A stretch of 64,000 nucleotides of DNA from an uncultured Elusimicrobia bacterium (GCA_903881545.1 CAIRTQ010000033.1:1267-65266); one strand, 5' to 3'. Counted from the first letter of the stretch, positions 19,286-29,866 are shown. A program made the numbers and translations. The notes: generated from the sequence alone by a model not told the origin.

Positions 19286-19789
19286 ATGCGCGTCTATTTG
19301 AGTTCCAGCTTCGCCCCCGCCGAGGAGCGCCTTCTGGTGCAACTGCAGGGCGCCGGCCGCCTTTTTGACATCGAGGTGACGATCGGGCGCCGTTTTTGGG
19401 GGTCTTTGCAGACCCTTCCGCAGGATGTCGCGCAGGCCATCATGGATTCCGAAGTCGCGGCTTTCTGGCTGCTGGAAGGGGGATCAAACCTGTCCTATGT
19501 CGACATGGAGGCGGGCTTCGTCCGTAATGTGCGCCCGCGGCTCCCCCTCTTGATCGTCGCTGACGAATCCATCCGACCCAGCGGCTGTCTGGAATGGCGC
19601 GATACGGTGTCTCTGCCGCGGGCGGAACCCTGGCTGTTTGCACAGAAGGTCTGGCAGGCGACGGCACGGGTGGAAGCCGCGCTCGGGTCAGACCGCGCCG
19701 GCCGGCTGCGGGGCTGGCTCCTGGCAGGCATCGGCCTGAGAACGACGCCGGCCGCCCCGGTCCAGTCCACTCCCGCGCATCGGAGCTAG
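19286..19789 (+). CDS. TIR-like domain protein
   Basis: RVYLSSS (betaA), AIMDSEVAAFWL (alphaB-betaC), SYVDMEAG (alphaC Glu), PLLIV (betaD); single domain of about 165 aa. Confidence 0.55.
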   Translation: MRVYLSSSFAPAEERLLVQLQGAGRLFDIEVTIGRRFWGSLQTLPQDVAQAIMDSEVAAFWLLEGGSNLSYVDMEAGFVRNVRPRLPLLIVADESIRPSGCLEWRDTVSLPRAEPWLFAQKVWQATARVEAALGSDRAGRLRGWLLAGIGLRTTPAAPVQSTPAHRS

Positions 19790-19848
19790 GTGGGATGGTG
19801 GCAATTCCGACCACCGCGCCTATGATGCGGCGGCATCAGTCCTAGTTC

Positions 19849-21510
19849 ATGCCTGTGAAACCAAAGGTCTTCTTCCTGCAGATGCCGGCCTGGGGCCGGG
19901 AGCCCAACCTGGCGATCGCCCAGCTTTGCGCCGTGGTCAGACGCGAAGGCTATGAAGCGGTGGTCATGGACCTCAACATGGAGTTGTATCGCCGCTTCGG
20001 AGTGGCGCAAGGCCAGCGCGATCTATGGGCGGCTGAAATTGACAATCTGTGGCGCCAGCGCGAGTTTTGTTCCCGCATCCTGGAACAGAACAGGTCGTGG
20101 ATTGCGGCGGAGTTTTTGGACCACATCTGCCGCGCCGATCAGCCGGTGGTTTGTTTCCCGGTGACAGCACCCTCTCTTCCGGCTAGCTTTCTGCTGACGC
20201 GCTGGATCAAGGAGCTGCGCCCTGACGCCACCGTCGTTTTCGGAGGGTCCTATTTTACCGTCTGCCCGGAATCCATCGGCGGGGGGCTGTGGGAATGCGG
20301 GGTGGACGCCGTGGTCTCGGGGGACGGTGAGGCGACCCTGCTGGAGATCCTGGCGCGGCGCCAGGAGGGACGGGATTGGGATGGGTGCCGCGGCCTCTGG
20401 TTCCGGAGCCGCGAGAAGGGAATCGTCTTCACCGGCGAGCGGCCGCCTGTCGACTTGAACGCCCTCCCCTTCGCCGACTTCTCCGGATTCGACGCAAGCC
20501 TCTATCCCACAAAGGCATCCTCCGAGACCGAGAGGTTGGGGGTGGTGGGAACATTCGACGACCTCTTGCTGATGGCCAGCCGCGGTTGCTTTAGGAAATG
20601 TTCCTTCTGCGGCCATTGGATGTCCGGGAAGGGATTCCGCAGCATGAGCGGCCGCAGAACTTATGAAGAGATCGTCCATCAGAGGACGGTCAGGCCTGAG
20701 ATACGCCCCGGCGACAGCCTCATTAAATTCTATGACCTTATCGTGAACGGGGATATGCGGGCCTTGAATGAACTCTGCGACCTCCTGATCGCTGACCCGG
20801 CGCCGAAGCTTTTGTGGCAGGAATGCAATGTGGCGATACGCCCGGAAATGACCTACGAAGTCTGCCGGAAGCTTCATGCGGCAGGCTGCCGCCAGTTTAT
20901 CATAGGCTTGGAATCCGGGTCGCAGAGGATGTTGGACCTCATGGGTAAAGGTCAGACGATCGCTCAGATGAAGGAAGTTCTCCGCAACGCGTCCCGGGCA
21001 GGACTCCAAGTGCGCGGAAACTTCATGTTCGGCCATCCTGGAGAGACCGAGGAGGATTTCCAGAAGACTATGGAGTTCCTCAGGGAAATGCACCCGCACA
21101 TTCATTTCATCTATCCCAGCTATACCATGACCCATCTGGAAGGCCGGCTCCATAGCGAACCTGAGAAATGGGGGCTGGAACCCGGACAAGACGCGCACTT
21201 CTGGCGGTCTGCCGATGGGACTAACACCTATCCCATCCGCCTGGAGCGCTACCAGCGGTTCGTGAGGGAAGCGCAAGCCCTGGGCACCGGCCTCGGCCAT
21301 TGTCTGAATATGCCTGTGGAGGACCTCGTGGAACTGAAGCTGGGGGAATATTATCAGTTCACGAAAGAATACGATCTGGCGCTCGCCCATTTTAAGCGAC
21401 ATCTGGCCGCGGGGCGGGGAAATTCCTATGTCTTGAGCCAAGTCCGGGCCTTGGAACTGCAAACGAGTGGGACAGCGGGGGGGGCGGAACAAGGCCCGGG
21501 ATCGAAATGA
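19849..21510 (+). CDS. Cobalamin-dependent radical SAM protein with C-terminal TPR-like helix pair
   Basis: PNLAIAQL, VFGG, GDGE, SRGCFRKCSFC, GLESGS, FMFGHPGET, WRSADGTNT. Confidence 0.92.
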   Translation: MPVKPKVFFLQMPAWGREPNLAIAQLCAVVRREGYEAVVMDLNMELYRRFGVAQGQRDLWAAEIDNLWRQREFCSRILEQNRSWIAAEFLDHICRADQPVVCFPVTAPSLPASFLLTRWIKELRPDATVVFGGSYFTVCPESIGGGLWECGVDAVVSGDGEATLLEILARRQEGRDWDGCRGLWFRSREKGIVFTGERPPVDLNALPFADFSGFDASLYPTKASSETERLGVVGTFDDLLLMASRGCFRKCSFCGHWMSGKGFRSMSGRRTYEEIVHQRTVRPEIRPGDSLIKFYDLIVNGDMRALNELCDLLIADPAPKLLWQECNVAIRPEMTYEVCRKLHAAGCRQFIIGLESGSQRMLDLMGKGQTIAQMKEVLRNASRAGLQVRGNFMFGHPGETEEDFQKTMEFLREMHPHIHFIYPSYTMTHLEGRLHSEPEKWGLEPGQDAHFWRSADGTNTYPIRLERYQRFVREAQALGTGLGHCLNMPVEDLVELKLGEYYQFTKEYDLALAHFKRHLAAGRGNSYVLSQVRALELQTSGTAGGAEQGPGSK

Positions 21511-21529
21511 GACTGTTAGGGAGATGATG

Positions 21530-22486
21530 ATGGCCGCGGCGCGCTGGGATCACTCTCGCCGGATGTGGCAGGGCGCTTCTTTTACATGGGATCTTTGGTA
21601 CGGTTGCGACTATCACTGTCCTTACTGTTGGTTCGAGATGGATCCGGTTTGGGACCTGCTGGCCAAGGAGCACGAGGGCATTCCCATCGAGCGCTGGCTG
21701 CAAGCCTGGCGGCGCATCGGCGAGCGGCACGGCACCGCGTCCATAGATGTCGTCGGTGGAGAGCCTTTGCGCTATCCGGGAGTCCTGGACCTCTTGGGCG
21801 GACTGGCGCAGTGGCATCGCCTCGAGGTCGTCACGAACTTGAGCGTTCCGCTGGAGTTCCTGGAGGATCTGACCGCCCGAGTCTCCCCCGAGCGCATGCA
21901 TCTTTCGGGCAGTTTCCATCATGAGTCTGCCGACTGGGAGGATTTTTTGCGCAAGATTGTGTTCCTGAAATCCAGGGGATATGAGCCTGAGGTCGCGATG
22001 GTCGCGTGGCCTCCTCATATGGGTTTGATTCAAGAGAAGAAGGCGATTCTGGGGCGGATGCATATCCCGGCCAGCATCCTCGTCTTCCAAGGCGTCTTTC
22101 AAGGACGGGATTATCCCCGTTCCTACACTGACGCCGAGCGTGAGCAGTTAGGGGGATTGGTCTCGCCGCGCGAGCGGGAGTACCGCATGCATGAGCGGCG
22201 GACTTTGGCCAGGCCTTGTGGGGCGGGGCACGTCCACGCCCACGTGCGGGCCAATGGGGACGTCTTGCGCTGCGGCAAGGACAGTCAGTATTCGCGCCGA
22301 ATGGGGAACCTGCTGGAGGCCGACTTCGCGCTTCATTCTTCGCCCCAGCCTTGCCCCTACCCATATTGTAATGCCTGCGGGGAGCATGTATATCTTTGGG
22401 AGGATTGGACGAAGAAAGCGGCCTCGACAGGATGGCCGCTAGTGGAGGATTCTGGTTCGCACCATGCCGCGGCCCGCAGCGATTGA
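21530..22486 (+). CDS. Radical SAM-twitch protein (family A)
   Basis: FTWDLWYGCDYHCPYC, GGEP, TNLS, CGAG...LRC...CPYPYCNAC. Confidence 0.9.
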   Translation: MAAARWDHSRRMWQGASFTWDLWYGCDYHCPYCWFEMDPVWDLLAKEHEGIPIERWLQAWRRIGERHGTASIDVVGGEPLRYPGVLDLLGGLAQWHRLEVVTNLSVPLEFLEDLTARVSPERMHLSGSFHHESADWEDFLRKIVFLKSRGYEPEVAMVAWPPHMGLIQEKKAILGRMHIPASILVFQGVFQGRDYPRSYTDAEREQLGGLVSPREREYRMHERRTLARPCGAGHVHAHVRANGDVLRCGKDSQYSRRMGNLLEADFALHSSPQPCPYPYCNACGEHVYLWEDWTKKAASTGWPLVEDSGSHHAAARSD

Positions 22487-22510
22487 CGGCCGCCGGCATT
22501 GCCGGCCCTT

Positions 22511-23782
22511 ATGACCACGGAGACCTCTGGCTTCGGGCTCGGGTGGCCGGCCCTGGCGCGGGAGACGCTATTGAAGAGCTCGCGCGTGTTCTGCATGCTT
22601 CCATGGACACACATGAGCGTCTATCCAGACGGCCAGACCTACCCTTGCTGCAACGCCTCGGGATGGCCCTTGGGAAGCGTCGGCGAAACTTCGCTGCAGG
22701 GGTTGTGGAATTCTGAACTCCTGAGACGTCTAAGGCTGGACATGCTCGCGGGGCGCGAGAGCGCTGCATGCACGAGGTGCTACGAAGCGGAACTCTGCGG
22801 CATGGGCACCTTGAGAACTTGGGCCAATGCGGAACTCGCGCAGCACTTCGGACTCGTGGGGCAAACTCGGCCGGAGGGGTCCGTGGACCGTTTGAATCTG
22901 CCCTATTTAGATATCCGTTTCTCTAACCTCTGCAATCTGCGATGCCGGACCTGCCGGCCGGAACTCAGCAGCGCTTGGCAGAAGGATGCCCACTTGTTGG
23001 GGGGAGTGGCGGTTCCGGCCCGGTCCGCGATATCGGCTCAAGCTCGCGCGGCGCTGATGGAACAAGTCCGGGCGCTCCTGCCGCAGGCTGAGATCATCTA
23101 TTTCGCGGGTGGCGAGCCGCTGGTGATGGAAGAGCATCTGGAAATCCTGGAAGCTTTGATCGCACAGAAGCAGTTTGGGGTCCGTCTGCAATACAACACG
23201 AATCTTTCCATCTCGCATTTCAGAGGCGTCGATATTATGAAATTGTGGGACCGGTTCGAGACGGTCGTAATCCAGGCGAGTTTGGACGGCATGGGACGGC
23301 GAGGTGAGTACCTACGCAAGGGCTTGCTTTGGGCCGATGTGGTCTCCAACCGCGAACGCATGCGTGAGGTCTGCCCGCGCGCCGCGTTCATCGTCCTGGC
23401 CACGGTCAGTGCCATGAACGCTTGGCATCTGCCCGACTTCCACGCGCAATGGCTGCGCCAGGGCTATGTGGGGCGCGGGCAGTTTCAATTGAACCCGCTT
23501 TTTACTCCGGAGGAGTACTGCGTGCAAGTCCTGCCCCCGCGGCTTAAGCAAGCCGTGATCCGGAAATATGAGGCGCATGTCGATACCGTGGCGCAGGCTT
23601 CCGGGGATGCTGCGAGCTTCGCCGGCGCCGTGAGATTCATGCGCGCCCGGGATCGATCGGTTTTGCTCCCGAGATTCCGCGATCTGACGCTGAAGCTGGA
23701 TGCGGCGCGCGGCGAGCGTTTCGCGGAGGTTTTCCCGGAATGTGCCGAACTTATCGTCGATTGTTTGAGAAGGAGCGAATAA
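22511..23782 (+). CDS. Radical SAM protein with N-terminal twitch/SPASM domain
   Basis: FCMLPW...PCC...WNS..LRRLR...CTRC precedes the core motifs SNLCNLRCRTC, FAGGEPL, YNTN, ASLDG. Confidence 0.92.
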   Translation: MTTETSGFGLGWPALARETLLKSSRVFCMLPWTHMSVYPDGQTYPCCNASGWPLGSVGETSLQGLWNSELLRRLRLDMLAGRESAACTRCYEAELCGMGTLRTWANAELAQHFGLVGQTRPEGSVDRLNLPYLDIRFSNLCNLRCRTCRPELSSAWQKDAHLLGGVAVPARSAISAQARAALMEQVRALLPQAEIIYFAGGEPLVMEEHLEILEALIAQKQFGVRLQYNTNLSISHFRGVDIMKLWDRFETVVIQASLDGMGRRGEYLRKGLLWADVVSNRERMREVCPRAAFIVLATVSAMNAWHLPDFHAQWLRQGYVGRGQFQLNPLFTPEEYCVQVLPPRLKQAVIRKYEAHVDTVAQASGDAASFAGAVRFMRARDRSVLLPRFRDLTLKLDAARGERFAEVFPECAELIVDCLRRSE

Positions 23783-23922
23783 GCTAAAGTACCGACGGCC
23801 TGGCGGATGGGAGCGAGGGCGCGAGGGAGTGGGGGGGGCTCGATGAAATGCGACGCCAGTTATCCGGGAGGGGCGGCCCGTAGCCGTTGCGCCCATTGAC
23901 CTCCGGCAATCCAGAGCGGCAA

Positions 23923-24804
23923 ATGGCGGCGTGGTGGCTGGACGACCATCCGTTGACCCTTTCATGGGATATCTGGTATTCCTGCAACTACCGTTGCTCC
24001 TATTGTTGGTGGGAGATGGACCATCTCTGGGGCGAACTGGCCAAGCAGCATCGCATTCTGTCTCCAGGGGAGTGGGCGGCTATTTGGAGCCGCATCCACG
24101 CCCGCTACGGTACTGCGCTCATCGACCTCCTGGGCGGCGAGCCCATGCTCTATCCGAGGTGCAGCGAGCTTCTCCAGGAGCTGACCAGGCAGCATCGGTT
24201 CCGCATCACGACGAATCTCTCGTTGACGGTCAGCGAACTGGAGAGCCTGCTGGAGGGCATAAGCCCGGAACGCGTCCATTTCAATGTGAGCTTCCATCCG
24301 CAATTCGCGGACTTGGCAGAGTTCCTGGAGAAGGTAGAGAAGCTCCGGAAAAGGGGGTATCAGCCGGGCGTGCTGTTTGTTCCCTGGCCGCCATTGCTGC
24401 CAAAGATGGCTTTCTATCGCGCGGAATTCATCGCGCGCGGTCTGCCTTTCACCCCTATGATCTTCCAGGGACAATGGGAGGGGGGGGCCTATCCGGATTC
24501 CTATTCGCAGGAGGAGCGGGTGTTCTTGGCGGACATGATGAGCGACCCGTCCATCAAGGAGTCCGAGGTCAAATACCGTTTGGAGCGCCAGTCGCCCCGG
24601 GGAAAGCTCTGCCATGCCGGGAGGAAATACGTCAATATCAAGGGCAACGGGGACGTTTATCGCTGCGGACAGGATGCTTTTGGACGCAGTCCGATGGGGA
24701 ATATCTTCGATCCGGACTTCAAGCTGTATGAGCGCCCCATGCCATGCCCTTATGATAATTGTAGTTGCCTAGAGTTCAGATATCTGGATAAGGGGCAAGA
24801 GTGA
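23923..24804 (+). CDS. Radical SAM-twitch protein (family A)
   Basis: LSWDIWYSCNYRCSYC, GGEP, TTNLS, SFHPQF, CHAG...YRC...CSC. Confidence 0.9.
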   Translation: MAAWWLDDHPLTLSWDIWYSCNYRCSYCWWEMDHLWGELAKQHRILSPGEWAAIWSRIHARYGTALIDLLGGEPMLYPRCSELLQELTRQHRFRITTNLSLTVSELESLLEGISPERVHFNVSFHPQFADLAEFLEKVEKLRKRGYQPGVLFVPWPPLLPKMAFYRAEFIARGLPFTPMIFQGQWEGGAYPDSYSQEERVFLADMMSDPSIKESEVKYRLERQSPRGKLCHAGRKYVNIKGNGDVYRCGQDAFGRSPMGNIFDPDFKLYERPMPCPYDNCSCLEFRYLDKGQE

Positions 24805-24898
24805 GGTGCTGCGGGTTATCCGTCCAGCCGCAGCAGCCACAGCACTCGGCCGCTGGGACTGGAGATGACCCATCATAGAATCATCCGGGAACAAGCCT

Positions 24899-26674
24899 TT
24901 GTTTGAGTCATTGGCAAAGTCCAGGGTGTTCTGCGTCGCGCCATGGCGCAACCTGTTCGTGCGCGAGGACGGGTTGGCGTCCGTGTGTTGCATGGCAACG
25001 GACCAAACCAAGAATTCCCTCTGGCGCATGAGCCTGCAGGAGACATGGAATTCTCCCGAGATCAAGCAGATGCGTCTCAACATGCTGCAGGGGAGAAAGA
25101 GCCTGCCCTGCATGAAATGCTATGAGGTCGAGGCCGCCGGTGCGGAAAGTCTGCGCACGGAGCAAAACAGGACGGTGGAAAGCCTTGCGGATGTCGCGGC
25201 GCGCACGGGATGCGAGGGGCAGGTCGATCGTGCCCATTTAATCTCCCTGGAATTGAATCTATCGAACACTTGCAATTATCGCTGCCGTTACTGTAATCCA
25301 CGGCGCAGCACCGCATGGCATAAGGACTTCATGGCCGTCTCCAACAATAATTGGGGATACCCTGCGACATTGACGGCTACGGATGATTTCCCAGGGCTGT
25401 ATGAACAGATCCGCGCCATGTTGTCGCACCTGCAAAGGATCAGCTTCGCGGGCGGAGAGCCTTTGATATCGAATTGGCAACATGAGATCCTCGGAATCTT
25501 GCTGGCCGGGGGAAGGCCGGATGTCTCGATCAGCTACACCACGAATTTTTCTAACTTGGTCCATCAGGGGACCGATATCTTGGAATTGTGGAAACGATTC
25601 CGGCATGTCTCCGTCATGGCGAGTCTCGATGCTCCGGAAAAGCGCGGGGAGTATATTCGTAAAGGGCAAGAATGGGGCCAGGTGATAAGGAACCGGGAAC
25701 GCTTGATGGAGGCTTGCCCCCATGTGGTCTTCGGCATTGCACCCACGCTCTCGGCAATGAATGCGTTCTGTCTGCCCGATTTCCATCGCGACTGGCTGGA
25801 AAAAGGATATCTCGGGCCCAATAGCATTTGCATCGGGACGCTGTTCGTGCCTTTGGAGTACCGCATCCAGATTCTGCCGGACCATCTGAAGCGCAAGGCA
25901 GTCGAGCGGTATCAAGAACATGCCGCCTATCTCCACCATAGATTTGGCAAGCTCGCGGAACGTGACATATCTCGGTTCGAGGATGCCGTCCGCTTCATGC
26001 GGGATAAGGATTTGAGTTGCCTCATCGGCCGTTTCAGGAAGAAGACTCGGGAGTTGGACGAAATCAGGAAGGAAAGATTCGAGGAGGTGTTCCCGGAACT
26101 TGCGGAGCTTATGGATGAGCCATGGGCATCAGGAGCAGGTCCGGCTCGGGGCCGGCCCGGTGCTGATGCGAGTTCAGAGGATCCACCCGTGCCGACGGCG
26201 CAACAGACGCAGAGAGCGGTGACAAGTTACAGGGATCTGCTGAGTCTGGATACGCTGGAGCCGTTTCAGGTGGCCGAAACCCACTTGGAGATAGGGGCTT
26301 TGTATAAGCGGATAGGCCGTCTTGATGATGCGGTGCAGGAATTCCTTCAGGTGATCAAGGTGCATGCTTCGCCCGCGGAATCATGGATGGACCTGTGGGG
26401 CGAGGTCGGGTTCCTATGCGCGGAGATGGGGAGAATCAAGGAAGCGGAATCTGGGTTCCAAGACTTGTTATCCCGGGAGGGGCGCACCCTTGAGCAGACG
26501 GCCGGGGCGCGCATCGGACTGGGGCGGCTGTACCAGTGCGCTGGCCGTGCCCTAGACGCTCTGCCGGAATATCAGAAGGTCTTAGAGGCGGATGACTCCC
26601 CTGCCGGCGCCAAGGCGCAGGCCTCTCGCGAGATGGACCGTGTTCTCTTGGAAATGGGATTGGCCTTACATTAA
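24899..26674 (+). CDS. N-terminal-twitch radical SAM protein with C-terminal TPR domain
   Basis: FCVAPW...CC...CMKC, SNTCNYRCRYC, FAGGEPL; clear paralog of 22511-23782 plus about 150 aa of TPR-like tail. Confidence 0.9.
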   Translation: MFESLAKSRVFCVAPWRNLFVREDGLASVCCMATDQTKNSLWRMSLQETWNSPEIKQMRLNMLQGRKSLPCMKCYEVEAAGAESLRTEQNRTVESLADVAARTGCEGQVDRAHLISLELNLSNTCNYRCRYCNPRRSTAWHKDFMAVSNNNWGYPATLTATDDFPGLYEQIRAMLSHLQRISFAGGEPLISNWQHEILGILLAGGRPDVSISYTTNFSNLVHQGTDILELWKRFRHVSVMASLDAPEKRGEYIRKGQEWGQVIRNRERLMEACPHVVFGIAPTLSAMNAFCLPDFHRDWLEKGYLGPNSICIGTLFVPLEYRIQILPDHLKRKAVERYQEHAAYLHHRFGKLAERDISRFEDAVRFMRDKDLSCLIGRFRKKTRELDEIRKERFEEVFPELAELMDEPWASGAGPARGRPGADASSEDPPVPTAQQTQRAVTSYRDLLSLDTLEPFQVAETHLEIGALYKRIGRLDDAVQEFLQVIKVHASPAESWMDLWGEVGFLCAEMGRIKEAESGFQDLLSREGRTLEQTAGARIGLGRLYQCAGRALDALPEYQKVLEADDSPAGAKAQASREMDRVLLEMGLALH

Positions 26675-26686
26675 GATGCCGCAGCA

Positions 26687-27541
26687 CTACGGCAGCCACG
26701 CCCCCGCCTGTTCGGGAGGCTTCTCGTCCGGGATGACCTTCCATTCATCGCACGGGCAGAAGGGCACATCGCAGGGTAAGGGCTCCGACAGTAGGGAGAA
26801 TGACGGTTCAAAGATGTTGCCGATGATATGGCGGTCGCCGATCTGGCCGCAACGGGCCACGTTGCCATTGGGCAGAAGAAGCGCCCCCAGGCGCCCGGCT
26901 TGGCACAAGACCCCCTTATGGCCCTTATCCGCCACCCAGTGGTCCGACATGCCAAGGATGCTCTTTTGTTCGGCGTTATAGCCTGCCGGATATTCCACGC
27001 CCTCGTGGGTCCCGATGAAAGGCACCAGCTTGAGGCTTTCTCCGATGGTCTTGAACGCTTCCACATAGCGCGGTATGTCCGGGATGAACGGCGGCCATGC
27101 CACCAGGTTGATGACGCCCAAATTGACCCCGCGCTTCCTCAAGAGGGCAACCGTATTCAGGAAATCGTCGAGCCGGTGATGCTCGGGATGGAAGCTCACT
27201 GACAGGGAGACTTTCGCCGGGTCGCAGCGCGACGTGAATTCCTCTAGGTGCACGGAGACATTGGTGGTGATGTTGATGGGCCAATGCCAGCGAGAGATCC
27301 TCGCGATGATGTCGAGGAAGCCGGGGTAGGTGAAGGGCTCCCCTCCGTTGATGACCAGGAAACAGCGCCCGTAGTGCTCATGCATTCGGCCCCAGCATTC
27401 CTCCCATTCCGCCGGGCTCTTGTAGACATTGCGTTTGGCGTATTCCTCCCAACGCGCAGCGAACAGGCAATAGGTGCACCGGTAATTGCAGCTCCAGTGG
27501 ATGTTCCAGCTGAACCGCACCTGCTCATTCATTGCGGGCAT
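26687..27541 (-). CDS. Radical SAM-twitch protein (family A)
   Basis: FSWNIHWSCNYRCTYC, GGEP, SFHPEH, CQAG...RC...CPCDEW. Confidence 0.9.
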   Translation of the reverse strand: MPAMNEQVRFSWNIHWSCNYRCTYCLFAARWEEYAKRNVYKSPAEWEECWGRMHEHYGRCFLVINGGEPFTYPGFLDIIARISRWHWPINITTNVSVHLEEFTSRCDPAKVSLSVSFHPEHHRLDDFLNTVALLRKRGVNLGVINLVAWPPFIPDIPRYVEAFKTIGESLKLVPFIGTHEGVEYPAGYNAEQKSILGMSDHWVADKGHKGVLCQAGRLGALLLPNGNVARCGQIGDRHIIGNIFEPSFSLLSEPLPCDVPFCPCDEWKVIPDEKPPEQAGAWLP

Positions 27542-27558
27542 GCCAATCTTGGGGCCCA

Positions 27559-28692
27559 CTAGGGCTTCGCCATGGCCTCGTTGTACTCCGTCATGATCTG
27601 GGACGGCTCCTTGGGCCGGTGGATCACGTGCGCCGGCCATTCGTTAATCCCGGCGGGGTTGTGCCGCGGGCAGGTGCGGAAGCAGCCATCCCCTTCGCGC
27701 AAGGCGCGGCGGATGGCCCGGTAGCGCGGGCCATCCCATATCTCCAGGAAGCTCTTTTCCGCCAAGCTGTCCTCGAAGCCGCCGTAAATGTCGCAGGGCA
27801 AGACCCGTCCGTCCACGCTGAACATGAACTGCCCCCAGGGCTCCCGGCAGAAATTCATGGCTGGGTCCGGCGCGGCCGTCTGGCCGAACTTGTGCGGCAA
27901 TTCGATTTCGATCCCCACCTCTGTCGCCACGCGGCGGGCCTCGTCAATACAGCGATTGGCCAGTTCCGGTTTGAAGTATAGGGAAAGGTATTTTTGCTGC
28001 GACTCGTAGATATAGAAGTATCCAGCCCGGACCCGGTCCGCCCCCATGTCTTTGGCGAAGCGCACGAAATCCGGCAGTCTTTCTACATTCAAGGTGGTCA
28101 TGACGAACATGAAGTACAGTTTTGGATTGCCGGTGTTCCCGCGCAAGCGCTGAAGCTCTCGGATGTTCTCCGTCACACGGTCGAAGGCGTTGTAGCGCAT
28201 CATCAGTTTATGAGTGGCGGCGTCGCTGGCATGCAGGGAGAGTTGTAGGGTGTAGCGGCTGTCCGAGCCGGCGATCAGCTCGCGCATGCGCGGGTTTAGA
28301 TGGGAGGCGTTGGTGGCGATGAATTTGTCCACATGAGGGAATTCATTGTTGAGATACTCAAGGATGTGTTCCGCGTCCGGCAGGCCCAGGAATTCTCCGG
28401 AACCGGACAGGACGACCTGCTGGGCCCGCCGCAGCACCGGAGCCAGTTCCTGCCCGAAGCGCTTGAGGTATTCGTCCAGATGAAACAGGGGGTAGCCGTT
28501 GCCTTTGGAGCAGAAGATACAGTCCGCGTTACAGGCGGCGTGGAGCTGCATGAAGAAGGTGCGCGGAACGCTGGAGAGGATGATGCGGCGTTCCTGCCAC
28601 TCCCGCTCGTTCAGGTCGGAATTCTCTTTCTGTAGTTTCTCCCAGACCGTGCGCCGCAGGGTGGAAGGGCGCGTTAAGGTCGCCGTCGTCAT
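27559..28692 (-). CDS. Radical SAM/SPASM protein (family B)
   Basis: ENSDLNERE...SVP, CNADCIFC, SGSGE, ATN, SLHA, FCREPW...PCD...IW...C..TC. Confidence 0.9.
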   Translation of the reverse strand: MTTATLTRPSTLRRTVWEKLQKENSDLNEREWQERRIILSSVPRTFFMQLHAACNADCIFCSKGNGYPLFHLDEYLKRFGQELAPVLRRAQQVVLSGSGEFLGLPDAEHILEYLNNEFPHVDKFIATNASHLNPRMRELIAGSDSRYTLQLSLHASDAATHKLMMRYNAFDRVTENIRELQRLRGNTGNPKLYFMFVMTTLNVERLPDFVRFAKDMGADRVRAGYFYIYESQQKYLSLYFKPELANRCIDEARRVATEVGIEIELPHKFGQTAAPDPAMNFCREPWGQFMFSVDGRVLPCDIYGGFEDSLAEKSFLEIWDGPRYRAIRRALREGDGCFRTCPRHNPAGINEWPAHVIHRPKEPSQIMTEYNEAMAKP

Positions 28693-29672
28693 GGCATCGT
28701 GCCGAGGGCCAACTTTTGGGCGTCTACGGGCTGCAAACGGTTCTCCTGCAACATCATTTTTTTCTCATCGTCTTCCCAGGCGGATTGGAACTCTTTGCAC
28801 CGGCAATAATCGACCGGGCAAGGCCGCCCCGTTTCCAGGAGTTTGACTTCGGGGGCGAAGATGGAGGCGATGGACTGATCCTCATGGCACAATTGTCCGC
28901 AGCGGTAGATCTTTCCGTCGGCCTGGACGACGGCGTATCTCTGTCCGGCGCCGCAGATTTTGCCGCGCACCGGGATTGGCTCGAGATTGACGGTCTCCGG
29001 ACCAATCTCCTGGCCGATGACTTCCTTAATCAGTAGGCGTTCCTCTGACGAATACGCGAACGGATAGTCTTTGGCCTGGTAGGCGCCCCAATACATCGCC
29101 AGATTCATGTGCACGCCGTTCTGCGCGAAGCGTCGTTTGAAATCCGGCATACCCGCCAACTGGGCGGGATAGGCGAGATAACATACATTGGCCGTGAAGC
29201 CATGCTTGCGCAGAAGTAGCACATTGTTGAGAAAAAGGTCGAAATCGGTGTTTAAGGGGTGGAAGGTGCAGTCCAATTCCGCATGGGCCGGATCCACGGC
29301 CGTGACGAATTTGTGGAGCGAATCGGTGCGCGAGCCGTTGGTCGTCACCTGGACATCATGCCACCGCGTGATGGTCGCGATCACCTCGACGAATCCGGGA
29401 TAGGTGAACGGCTCCCCGGCCGTGATGCGGAGTTGGCAGCTGCCATGCCGGGCATGCATCCGCTCCCAGACCTCCCCCCATTCCTGCGGGGATTTGTAGG
29501 TGTTCTTCTTGGCCAGCTCGGCCCAGCCAGCCGAGGTATAGAAGCAGTAGGGGCACCGGTAGTTGCAGTTATAATGCATGTCCCAAGCCAGGACTAGCCG
29601 CCGCTTAGGCAGCTTCGATTCCATGTTCATCTGCGGCACCGGCTGAGACGCGCTTTCGCTGGTCGGGTTCAT
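28689..29672 (-). CDS. Radical SAM-twitch protein (family A)
   Basis: LAWDMHYNCNYRCPYC, TAGEP, TFHP, CGAGQRYA...RC...CRC. Confidence 0.9.
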   Translation of the reverse strand: MNPTSESASQPVPQMNMESKLPKRRLVLAWDMHYNCNYRCPYCFYTSAGWAELAKKNTYKSPQEWGEVWERMHARHGSCQLRITAGEPFTYPGFVEVIATITRWHDVQVTTNGSRTDSLHKFVTAVDPAHAELDCTFHPLNTDFDLFLNNVLLLRKHGFTANVCYLAYPAQLAGMPDFKRRFAQNGVHMNLAMYWGAYQAKDYPFAYSSEERLLIKEVIGQEIGPETVNLEPIPVRGKICGAGQRYAVVQADGKIYRCGQLCHEDQSIASIFAPEVKLLETGRPCPVDYCRCKEFQSAWEDDEKKMMLQENRLQPVDAQKLALGTMP

Positions 29673-29817
29673 TGAGGGAGTCGAATTGCTGCGGCCGAGT
29701 GGAGCGCCTAGTCAGCCTCCGAATTTTTAGATTGTAGGAATTCCAGAGGGGAGTTGTCCATGCTTGCCTGCTCGCGAATGTCAGGCCTCGGGCGCGTCGC
29801 ATCGGGTCGCAGTGCTT

Positions 29818-29826
29818 TGGTATAAT
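29818..29826 (+). promoter_or_regulatory. Extended -10 promoter element (TGnTATAAT)
   Basis: TGGTATAAT in the divergent spacer about 40 bp upstream of the 29867 gene, at the head of a ten-gene rSAM run. Confidence 0.55.
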
Positions 29827-29866
29827 CAAACGCGGACGAACCGTATTGCCCGCCCAATAGCTCCAA

